NCBI RefSeq assembly: GCF_964204645.1
Contig: NC_134029.1
Coordinates: 23,182,950-23,246,949 of the forward strand
Length of the DNA: 64,000 nucleotides
Reading direction: 5' to 3'
Origin: Tubulanus polymorphus
Taxonomy: Eukaryota; Animalia; Nemertea
Shown here: positions 27,901-37,515 of the stretch, piece by piece
Layout: every line of letters starts with the position of its first letter
Numbering within the stretch: position 1 is the stretch's first letter
Notes under the pieces: model-generated
Seen by the model: only the letters and a program-made list of their open reading frames with translations
What the model was told of the DNA's origin: nothing
The model's database searches: none
Translations under genes and position numbers: made by a program

Positions 27901-30900
27901 CATAGAATACGCCTGATATATGGTAAATGCTTTGTCCAATTCTTTAGAAATATTCGATCTTATACCGTATAAGCTAAGCAGATTTCGTAATGAGCTTATT
28001 TCAATTAAATGCCCATGTGTTTCATATGATATTGCTGTTTTTTCATTCCTATGTATTTTTTTTTCTTGTCTGAGGAATTGTAAGATTCATATTGAGCATG
28101 GTACTATTATGATAGTTTTATGTATTTTTATATCACACTCGTGTATAAGAATGATCGAGATATAAGCTTCTAGACTGTTATGCACTAGATTCACCTAAGA
28201 CAGTAAAGATGTAGCAGTTACTGGCTGTAGGAACAATATTGCTTTTAATAGTGCCTTTCATACTAGAAATTTGGATTTATGCTGTTAGCTTTTTAGGTTT
28301 AGGTACCTTTCATTTTATAGCTTATTGTTTTTACGATTTTTCATATATTTTTTTTCTGACAACTTTTCCATACAGTGTTTACATCCATTCATTCTCTTTT
28401 TTACTATTGTCCGCTTTAAAGAGTAAAAATTTTGTGATCAGTACATTTTTTCCAGCATTCATATCATCCATCAAACTGTTGGAATCAGTCGCTCGTAATC
28501 TGTGTAAATACACAGCGATGATATGATTACTTTTCAGGGTGACCACCTGGAAAACCTGGAAAACTAAGGGAACCAGAAAAAATAAAGAAAAAATCAGAGA
28601 AAATGCAGGAAATCTGACAAATTCTGCAAAAAAACCTGAAATTTTCATTAGAATTTGGAGAATGTTATTGACCACGTATTTCTTTATGAATACATGATTC
28701 ATAAACGATGAATCAATTGAAACATTTAACCAAGAAATTCTTCGGGAATTTTGTGTTATATCATGGAAAATCAAGGAAAACTTGTAAATTTGTAATTTGT
28801 AAATTTGCATAAAGTGGTCACCCTGCATTTTATAAAACAATGATTTCCTTACCTGAATGCAAAACTTTTATTCACTCGCCTCAAAACTCAATAAACAATA
28901 TTTATCATTGCAGGATATCGAATCATTTTCCGGTACTGAAAGTCTGACGTTTCTGCCCGACACATCGACGGTCACCGGTGACCTTGACATAACGACGACC
29001 GATTCAGAACTCGGCACGTGTTCAAGTTGCGATATTCTGCGCGAAACCGTGCCGAACGACGTGGCGGCGCCACCGTTCCCGACGCATCTCGTCTCGCGAA
29101 AACTGCCGCAAAAACGTAAAGAACCGAACAATAATCACATCGATATAAAACATCGACCAACTGACCAACAAATATCATATTTGAGAATATTACTGCCATA
29201 TGTATTATTTTGTAAGTACTACCACCAAACGTGATACAGATATCACCTAAAACAGGGTGGCTACTCACCTATCAGAAAGATCTAGAAAAAACCGAGAAAA
29301 CTCGGGGAATTTGACAAATTTTACCAAAAACTCAGGGAATTAGGATAATGCTGTTGACTGCGTGTTTCTTTATCAATTCATGATTCTATGAAAATGAATG
29401 AATTTTTACATTTCAAACCTAGAAATTTCTCTGATTCACTCAGGGAATTTTGTGTTATCACATGGAATACTCAGGGGATTTATAAATAAGCGGAAAGTGG
29501 CCACAGGAACAAGTTTTGACAAGAATAGACCCTCGATATTGAAGAAAAACTAGTACATTTAAGTGATGCTATGAGCCATTTTCAAAACTTTTTATTAAAA
29601 ATGTTTCAAAGCAATGAAGACGAAAATTCACTTACTCTCCTGGGTTTTTCTTCGATATTACAGACTTTCCTTCGATGGAATCACGGAGACTGTCCCTCGT
29701 CTACGGAAACCAAAATTATTCTGATGCGTTTTAATGTGAATTGATTCTATTTTGCAGGGTTTGATCTCAGTGGACATTATAAATCATTCTGCCGATTTCT
29801 ACTCAAGTTGCAGAGAATGCAACGAATCACATTGTTCATCACTCTGTGTATAGTTCTGTAAGTTTTTCAGTTTTTCGAACAGGTTTTTTGTCATTCACAA
29901 ACAATCACATCCTCCCTCGGCAGGGATTCGAACCTGATAGCATCGCTACACTCAGCCACGGCACGAACCCCTGCCACACTAGACCAGGTGCGCAGGTACA
30001 TGCGCAGCTTTAGCGCACGAAAACTTGCGGCACCAATCAGATTGCTTGTTGTATAATCGCTGAGATACATTTCACGGAAGAACTATAAATGGTAAAACCC
30101 GTGCTAAAATAAAACGGGATATCTGATTGGCTGATAATGATATCATCTAAGCTGCGCGTGTAGCTGCGCACCCGGTCTAGTGTGGCAGGGGTTCGTACCG
30201 TGGCAATCTCGACGCCATCAGGTTTGAATCCCTGCCAGGGGAGGATGAAACAATCATTACTCGTTTGTTAAGTAGAGAAATATTACACAAAAGCCGACCC
30301 AATCCAGTATGAGACGTGAAGTGTAAGAAATTATTGATTAAGTTCCTCGTTGTGTTGGGTTTGAGTAGGCGCTTGTCATCATACTCGATTACATCTACAC
30401 GCTTATAATTCTCTTCTGATGTTTTTTTCTTACAGCATCTTTTTCTTCGTGTTATCGGCGTCTGTGTTGGCGTACAAGGTTATGGTATTACAGGCGCAAA
30501 TCGATGGACGTATTCCCGTGCAGCAGCAACAGCAGCCGCTATCAGCCGATACAGTCGCGTCGCATACCTCTTACCTGTATCGAAATCTCTATCATCTCAA
30601 CAACGAACGACACATCGCGACTGTTGAAAAACTACACAGCGTTCTCAGCGCCAATATACAAGTTCTCGAAGATGTAAGTTCTGAGATAACTGTTTAGATT
30701 GGGTTGAATTTCTGGGCAGTTTGAATCATCGATATTGGCACCTCGATTCAATCCCGCAGTTCTAGAATGATATTCGGCTTCATACTCTAAATTAAGGCTA
30801 CCCTGAACTAGAAACCTTAGTCTACGTAAGAAATATCTACAGCTCTTCTGTTTCCTTCTAATCTCTTTCTTTGTTCTCTTACTTTCATCGGGTGCTTTAA

Positions 30901-31404
30901 AGGCTTTTCAAGGCAAATATAGAAAAGCGCTCTCCTCTCTAGTATTAAAGTGCATTTTTCTAGCATTTTGATTCGTTAACTTTCTACTGCTTTTATATCA
31001 AATATATGTTGAGTTGAATTGAATCGAGGACAATTTACTGAGTTTTATGAAACTGAGAAAGAATTTTGTGCTTACCGGTAATGACTTCTGTTAATATGAC
31101 GCCCATAATTGAAGAGCACCTGGAGCACTGCACTGAGATGTTCTATCACCATGTATAGGGGAACATGGATAGAGCATGGGATTTTGCCACCTGAAATACC
31201 ATCACATATTCTAAATGATTTTATTTCTTGCAGGTGCATCGATCGTTGAAGACGTTGGAGAACACACATTTATCTCAACAAAACCAATACAAAAACAACA
31301 ATAAACAACCGTACGATGCTGGACATTGTACGACGGACTCACCGCATGAAGACTGCATCAAATTCACATCTTCGAATGGCGTCGATCCTGATGTACCTCC
31401 GTGA
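10481..31404 (+). CDS. GRAM domain-containing protein, GRAMD2A/2B-like (GRAM + C-terminal TM + helical tail, no VASt domain), about 526 aa for this isoform
   Basis: Phase-consistent GT-AG exons: 10481-10623, 13257-13352, 21962-22084, 22679-22809, 23712-23815, 24324-24419, 25756-25836, 28914-29211, 29758-29857, 30436-30673, 31234-31404 (TGA); total 1581 nt. The GRAM domain reads KFHKLFRNVPEDEEVIKQFSCAYFADILLQGSLYITQNWFCFHSKIVG...TREKTAFIIPNAIGVVTDTDKYVFGSLISRDSTFRIMLNLW. The hydrophobic segment ITLFITLCIVLIFFFVLSASVLAY is TM-like. Confidence 0.9.
10925..11139. mobile_element. Foldback (inverted) Penelope-like terminal repeat with decayed hammerhead cores
   Basis: Arms ATGAAAAACGTGTTCGAAAAGGTTTC... 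/ ...GAAACCTTTTTGAACACGTTTTTCAT. The right arm has TATTC CTGAAGA TGACTATAAGAATATAGTC AAAA, the same family as 37387 with GAAA mutated. The centre has a 21-bp unit TATCTTAAGTAGTCATCTAAT about x3. Confidence 0.55.
11469..11884. repeat. 29-bp minisatellite, about 14 units
   Basis: Unit GGGTGAGGAGTGCTGCAATGAGTATCTAA. Confidence 0.95.
12015..12210. mobile_element. AGCCGCG-ended (Harbinger-like) MITE containing a 26-bp minisatellite x6
   Basis: Ends AGCCACGATCACACA ... TGTAAGCGCGGCT; unit CCAAATTGGCACGGATCAGGCCCGAG. Related termini at about 13380-13680, 17080-17335, 25134-25348 and 35718-35915. Confidence 0.6.
16519..16659 (-). mobile_element. Family A MITE copy, inverted
   Basis: Reverse-complement match to 53781-53918; CTG...CTG duplication; a related diverged half-copy lies directly upstream (about 16420-16515). 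Confidence 0.85.
19041..19081 (+). CDS. Candidate alternative first coding exon (proximal) of the GRAMD2-like gene
   Basis: ATG ACC GTC GGT CGG TAT CGC ATC TGT CCG AAA ATA TTT AG|GTAAGA: strong donor, phase 2, joins exon 21962 in frame. It is preceded by a TGACGTAA motif (about 18887) and a (CT)n tract (about 18938-18972). Confidence 0.6.
19878..20164 (+). mobile_element. piggyBac-type MITE, family B (287 bp)
   Basis: TTAA|CCCTTTCAGTGC ... GCACTGAAAGGG|TTAA; close copy at 51824-52104. Confidence 0.9.
20425..20673 (-). CDS. Candidate small nested antisense gene, 82 aa, unknown function
   Basis: - strand polypyrimidine acceptor TTTCTCTTCTATTGACAG ending at 20682, ATG at 20673, stop at 20425, AATAAA at 20324-20329 (-). 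CpG-rich, exon-like composition. No family recognised. Confidence 0.4.
   Translation of the reverse strand: MDNSVTLTLANIRSSNDIEFTTRDQTVYDRIRMGIVVDGEVYEDNEIAAVFLPPIFNAKIFIRRATNLSIEDRSSILSKYKN
22841..23014. repeat. 10-bp minisatellite, about 17 units
   Basis: Unit ATACCTCGCG with CTCGGGCT variants. Confidence 0.95.
23319..23620 (+). mobile_element. tRNA-derived SINE (CORE/Deu-like central domain, L2-type tail)
   Basis: B box GGGTTCGAACCC (23351), then GTGTCCCCGGGCAAGACACTTACCCTCATTGCCT and CCCAGCAGCAAATGGGTACC, then tail TGTAAAGCG...CATTATTAT. These motifs are typical of ancient metazoan SINEs. Confidence 0.7.
25134..25348. mobile_element. AGCCGCGATCAC-ended MITE
   Basis: Perfect 12-bp TIR AGCCGCGATCAC / GTGATCGCGGCT; diverged reverse copy at about 35718-35915. 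Confidence 0.7.
28535..28825 (+). mobile_element. hAT-like MITE, family D
   Basis: TIR CAGGGTGACCAC / GTGGTCACCCTG; internal CCTGGAAAA/GGGAATTT sub-repeats; no clear TSD. Confidence 0.7.
29253..29504 (+). mobile_element. Family D MITE, second diverged copy (a partial third copy starts at about 56914)
   Basis: CAGGGTGGCTAC ... TTGACAAATTTTACCAAAAA ... GGGAATTTTGTGTTATC ... AAAGTGGCCAC, colinear with 28535-28825. Confidence 0.65.
29908..30247. repeat. Long inverted repeat (foldback element), arms about 100 bp
   Basis: 29908-30013 is the near reverse complement of 30147-30247; inner pair CCAATCAGAT / ATCTGATTGG. Confidence 0.85.
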
Positions 31405-34208
31405 AAACATAAAACCACGTAAAACACACAGCCTGACGTTGGCAGTATTAGGAGGGACTGTTTCGTATCGGAGTCAAGAGTGAAATATTTCTACTTTTTG
31501 ACGATATTGTTTTGGTGTAACAATCACGTGTGAACACTGCTATTTCATATAGTTAACTCACAGTTTGGTCTTCACAGCGAGAGACTGCTGACCACTTCTA
31601 TTACACACAGTCATGTACTTAACGAACTGTAGAAGTGATACTTTATCTAGTCAGCTGAATATTTGTGTTGTTTTGTTATTATTTTTAGATACAAATACGC
31701 TCTTTTTGTACACATCTCCTGTTTTGAAGTTAACTTCCATATATTTAAAGCCTTTTAATCGATCTTGAATACGATTTGAAATATTGCCCGGTCTTGAGAA
31801 AATCTTATTGAAAAGTTTCTTCCTGTATATGTCCAATAATATGTACTTACTTATAGTTATAGTCACCTGTTTAACTATAAAGGTATTTACATAATCATCG
31901 TTTTATCCAGTTTTATTTGTTGTCCGTCTATTTGAAAATAAGAATCTTTACGACAGTGTACGAGAATGTTTTTCTAAAGGTCTCAAAAACTGGGGCACTG
32001 AAAGTCCTCATAAGGGTAATGTTACTTGCATCATATGTTTAGTGTGGTGATACGGCAGTAAATCAGTGAATATTGATAAAAGGTTTTCTTGTAAAGCAGA
32101 CCTGAACCCCTGACTGTAAATAGTAATACTGCATGATCAGCTTCTGAGTTGAGAAAATGATCTAGCGATAATTGGTGGTACTGACAGAAATTATAGACTT
32201 ACGAGCATTTTCTGAAGTTGTTTAGAAAAATGCAGATTAGGGGTTCAAGTTTTCACAGCACTCTACATATCATGTGTTGGTGCTTTGTAAAAGAAAGAAT
32301 TTCATGAATATTGTCAATGTTAGGAATTTTGTAAGATTATGGTAGGATATGTTGTTATTTCAAGTGCTGTCTACCAGAAGAGTATTTCCTCATCGCATCC
32401 TTACACACTGGTACATGTATAAAACATCGGCCGACCAGAATGGAGATTTTCATTTAATACAAACCCTATCAAAGGTTATCCTTACTTTGTAGAACTTTCA
32501 GGGTTTTGAGTTATACATCTGAAGTGATAGTATGTTTAATGTACTACTGCGATTGATGTTATTCTGGATGTCGTATTTTGATATTTTAGTGTTCAATAAA
32601 TTGCGAGACCTGGTTTCATATTTAAGACTAATGAAGCTCTTCATTAAAAACCCTTTTGAAAAGCAGGCATTCTCGAGAGTTTTATTATGACAAATCTTTA
32701 AATGTAGACAGCATTGACATTGGCATCGCTAACCATAATCTGATAGACATATCCAAAACAGAATCAATTAGTCGTAATGACTGATATTAGGCTGTGACTT
32801 GTTTGTTTTAAAATCTGTTTTTTTAAAGTAGTGCATTTAGTTATAAGTTATTTATATGAAGTTAAGATCTGATCGAAAAGTGACGATCTCTGCAATATCG
32901 ATAAAATCATTCCCATTCGCGATGGTTCATACAATGCTGCCATCTGTGCAAAATTACTAGAACTAGATACCTAGCTACAGAGATATTCTCAAATGCTAAT
33001 CAGGTGTACTGTATCTTTGAAACTGATCGTTCAATATCGAAATTCTTGCCATTTTAGATAATTTTCGGTACTTAAAAAGTTACTCAACTGCCAAGTTTCC
33101 TTTGCGAATATCGAGTATTACATTGTATTTAGATGTTGTTATTACAGCTCATTAGGGATATTGACGTTGTATGTCTCAGATAAAGGCCACAATCGCATCG
33201 CATCGAAACTGACCTTAGTAAAAACTAGAAGCGGTTACGCCGTAGCAGGGCTATGGAATTCATAATATTTAAATGTAAAGCTGATGTACATCATCGTTAT
33301 GTTATAACCGTACATGTATATGTATATGTTTAATTGTTTCTCATATCTGTGCAAAGTACTCGTGTTGTACAGTATGTGCGTGTACATATTTCACATCGAT
33401 TATTTGTAATCTCTTCACTAACAAACTACCACAGTATTCGACATCGTTTTATTCGACGTTGAAAATCATGTGCTTCTTTGTCAATTCAGAATCGAGCGAA
33501 GCCGATGAAAGACGTTGATATTTTTGAACTGACTGCGACATCGAGATATTTCATAAAGTGTCTTACAGATTTTTCAAATTGTTTTTATGAACTATCTACG
33601 TGTAGTTGGTCCTTCCTTTAACCGATTTAAGATTTTCAAAGTTCTTGAAAGTCCTTTAAATTCTAAATACATTTTGGTCGTAATCTGGTCGGATGCATCC
33701 TTTGTTTGACTTGGAATTCTAGGCAACCTGGATAGTTTTTCGGCCTAGAAGATCAAATGAGCTTCAAGGGATGTCTTAAAGCGATTGAATTGAATTCAAG
33801 AATTTTTCATTTGAGCTTGAATTGGTAAATTCCCCAAAAAAATGTCTTACGCACCAAATCGCATACTATATGTCGTATATAAACAGTGCCTACAAACGGT
33901 CTTCGCTCAAAATATTTCGATTGTGAATCCTCTTCCACAAAGCTATGTCTTTCTGCAGGGTAAAATTTTCTTGATCTGTCGAATTCTCGTGGGGAGGAAT
34001 CGGACTTTGTAAATCCATGATGTTTGTGAAGTTTAGGAGTATATGTCAGCATTGAGTGCCAAATGATTAGTTTTGTATAATTATAGTTGAAATATTAAAA
34101 CTCTTTCCTCGAACTGCGTGGAGAAAGGGAATTTCTCTTTTTAGTTTTATCGAATGACATTTACTCCTAGACTGGACTTTTGAATAGTTAATGACATGGA
34201 TATTGTTT

Positions 34209-34473
34209 AGCCGAGCTCAGCCGAGTTTAATTACGACCCTGATGGTTTGAACGCAGACCCGTCGTAAGCCAAATCACAAGGATAGAACAAGCTCTAATTG
34301 CTGCGACCGATCTTAACGTTGTAGCCAATCAGCGACGAGCATTACGTCACATGTCTTTTCGACTCTGCGATGATCGAGTGCTCTTAAGATCGGTAATCGG
34401 TGGTCACGTTTTTACTAATGCTGTTCTTACGACATTCTGATCAGGTCGTATATAAGTCATCCTGAGCTCGGCT
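34209..34473. mobile_element. MITE with AGCCGAGCTCAG terminal inverted repeats
   Basis: AGCCGAGCTCAG ... CTGAGCTCGGCT, plus internal inverted pairs (ACCGATCTTAA / TTAAGATCGGT). Confidence 0.65.
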
Positions 34474-36496
34474 TTATGTTTGAAAGTGCATTAGTATGAT
34501 TGGCTTGAATGGATACATTGTAAATACTAATGAATTGTTGTAGAGTATGGACTCATCCTTTAGCTGCTTCTGTGATAGCGCCGCCATTTTTGTGCAATTT
34601 TTATTTCCGAATTCCCTTAACTATAGTAAGCGCGCATTAGAGTTACTTTATCATTCTTTGTCCTGTGACTTCTGTTTTTGGTTTTTAGCGTAAAATGTGC
34701 ATCATATTACTGCTAACATTAGTGAATATTGTGTTTGGTTTTATAGTCAAGAAGAACACGTTAGACTTTTGGCAAAAACTTGAAAAGTATAATGTGACAT
34801 TTATCGCAGATTGTTGGTCTGTAGTTTTGTCAGCTGAGTACATGCACCCCCTCACTTCATATCAGTTTGTTTGATGAAATCCATCAGATTGCCAGTGATG
34901 ATACTTATAACCTAAGAACGGATAACAGCTGCTCCGGCGGAACTAACGTTTGGTCATTAAAACTCGATTTAAACGAGTTTTTATGAGTAAATATTTTAGA
35001 GATATCCGGGTCATTTTGTGACTTTTAATTGCTTAAGAAATCGCATTATTTAAGGATGTTTAGCACTTTAATCGTAACAGTACAATTAGAATAACAGGTC
35101 AAAGAGTGCTGCGATGGTTTCATTGTTTCATTTGTAACTTGAAGCAGTGTCGATATTCATTCCGTGTTCATATTTCAACTGATACAGATCTTATACAAAT
35201 GGAATTGATATATTTCGTCGCGTTTTTGTGAAAAAGTCACCTGTTTTCACGATTTGCTTCACAGAATTTTATCTCTTTTTTTTTAGTCTGAAACGTTATC
35301 AATCCATTATCGTTTAGATTTCTACTTGCTATACGCGTTCGTTTGACAAGAACCGGTATTGTTGAAAGTTACAGCTTCAGTTGCCGACTGAATGATAATA
35401 TTCGACCCAGAATTAGTGCACTTATATATTAACGTTATTCCAGTTATAACCGATCGTTATTTGTACTTAATGTCAACTTATCAACTTCATCATAAACATA
35501 TGAAAGCCCATTAAACATTTGTGTAATACGATGAAAGCATTTATTGCAGTCCTGAATTTTAGTGGCTTTTCTAGTGGCATGAATGTAACAGTGGTGAGAC
35601 TCGTCCCTACTCAGCCGCGGTAAATGGCTAAATTGTAACCACAGATGATTTCATTGCATATGATAAAAATCATCTTCATTTTTCTGAACGTTTTCTCAAT
35701 ATTTGGCTATGAATTCAGATCACACAAAAATGATTCAGCCCGGGTCAAACTGGCAGGGACGAGACCCCAGTCAAACCTGTCGACCCATGTCTGATTAGAG
35801 AGTGCGTGAACATGTAAATGACTCACTCGTTGCTAAAATCATCGACTCTGAAAATCTGATTTTGAGTCCATGCTAAAAATGAAATCGAAATGGTGAAAAC
35901 CTTGCGATCACGGCTTAAGATGATTGCATCAGTTTCTGCACTGAGTAGGGTCAATTCTCTTGCGGTTATGTGTACATTGAAACTCGAATTCCACGGGAGA
36001 TGTTTTTTTTTCTCATGATTCTGATCTCTATACGTACATTATTTGCTTTGACTATCACGTGTTTGTTGCGGCCAGAAAAAGAATAAATCAGATGCTAATT
36101 TTCAACGCAAATTTAATCCGTAAATAACTGATAATTAGAATTTTACTATCCCAGGCAAAAGTGCAGAATTATTAGGAGAATCATTCATTTGAAAAAAATC
36201 TGTTGGTTTTCTTTTTCGGGGTAAATTTTTATTAGTAAAAATAGTGTTCATGTTTTAAAAGAATTCACGCGAATATTTTGGTCGTTTTTGTTGTTATTAC
36301 CATATAACCAATAAAGCATTGTTGAAATATGATTGCGTATAATATTATTATACATATATTATATATTTTTAATTGGAAGTGATATATACATCAGATGTGG
36401 TGAGAAATAGACGACAGGTCTTAGACTCGGAATAAATATGATGAGTAAAGAATACATGCACTTTGTATTTTTGTTTTGTTTTGTTTTAGCATTCTG

Positions 36497-36626
36497 GGGC
36501 TGGTTGCATAGTCATGGCTAAGACTTAAGACCGGACTTAGACCAACTTAGTTCTATAGCCAATCTAACAATAGTCTTAAGATTTAAGTCCACTTTTGGAC
36601 TTTAGCCACGACTGTGCAACCTGGAC
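36497..36626 (-). mobile_element. Family A MITE copy, inverted
   Basis: CTG|GGGCTGGTTGCATAGTCATGGC...GACCAACTTAGTTCTATAGCCAATCTAAC...GACTGTGCAAC matches family A. Confidence 0.8.
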
Positions 36627-37313
36627 TTGTGAACGAATACGCGCCGTTGAATGTTACACAATTCCCTTTTTTGAATAAAAAGAAAACACCGAACTGATCA
36701 GGATTAAGCAACTCCCATCGGCTTTAGTATCGGCAGCGATCCGTACCGAAAGTTAACTTAAAAATATCGATACGTTAAAATTTATTATTAGAAATCCGAA
36801 TTTTTGGTTTTCAATTAAGAAGGAAGCATTATCAAGGAATTTGGTTCTTTATATCATCACCTTTCTCCAGTCAGTAATATCGGATATTCTGATTTTAGTC
36901 CATGTTTCGTCTATATATTCGACAGTAGTTCTGGATCCAAGAAAGACTTATTCAACGATATTTTTTTCACTGTACCAAAGACGAGCAAGACCACAACCTC
37001 CGATAATGTCTGTTCTACCCGCTGCTTAATTTACTAATTCAAGCCTTTTTCAACAGTGTCGGGATCGACTGAGTTAATTGCTAGAAAGCAAACTCTATTT
37101 CGAGTCAAATGTTAACCGTCAGTGTAAAAATCTATCTTGAAAGATGTACGCCCCATGAGAACTGGGCGTTACGCTCACCTCCATGATGATAGTATATTTC
37201 CTCAAACAACAGTAAAAAGAGGTTTGCATAAACTGGCGGCCTATTTTTAAGACGTAAAAGTATATCTAATCTAAGTGCGTCGACCTGAATCATTAAAATG
37301 CTGGGTAAAAAGC

Positions 37314-37515
37314 AAGTTTCGAGATGAAGATAGAATCCCACAATGATAACGAAAAGTCCGACAATGTTACTTTGAGCTAGTGTAGTTTATTCAACGTTTC
37401 GACTATCCTAATAGTCATCTTCAGGAATAATGTCATTTCGTTATCATTGTGGGATTCTCTCTTCATCGCTTCAACACGGAGTAAGTGTTTTATCAATCGT
37501 GAAGTTTCGAGATGA
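37314..37515 (-). mobile_element. Short Penelope-like retroelement terminal fragment with inverted arms and target-site duplication
   Basis: 14-bp direct repeat AAGTTTCGAGATGA at 37314-37327 and 37502-37515; 32-bp inverted repeat 37323-37354 / 37436-37467 enclosing the hammerhead. Confidence 0.6.
37387..37430 (-). ncRNA. Minimal type-I hammerhead ribozyme motif (Penelope-like element type)
   Basis: - strand RNA UUAUUC CUGAAGA U GACUAU UAGG AUAGUC GAAA CG UU GAAUAA: perfect 6-bp stem I, intact CUGANGA/GAAA core with one extra U, 6-bp stem II, 1-bp stem III with palindromic ACGU, GUU cleavage triplet. Confidence 0.75.

Noticed and set aside
31402-31410. Stop-codon readthrough or selenocysteine at the TGA stops of GRAMD, CHSY1 and RPRD2
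   Set aside because: The contexts (TGA AAA, TGA TAC, TGA TAT) lack the TGA-CTA readthrough motif, and no SECIS was recognised.
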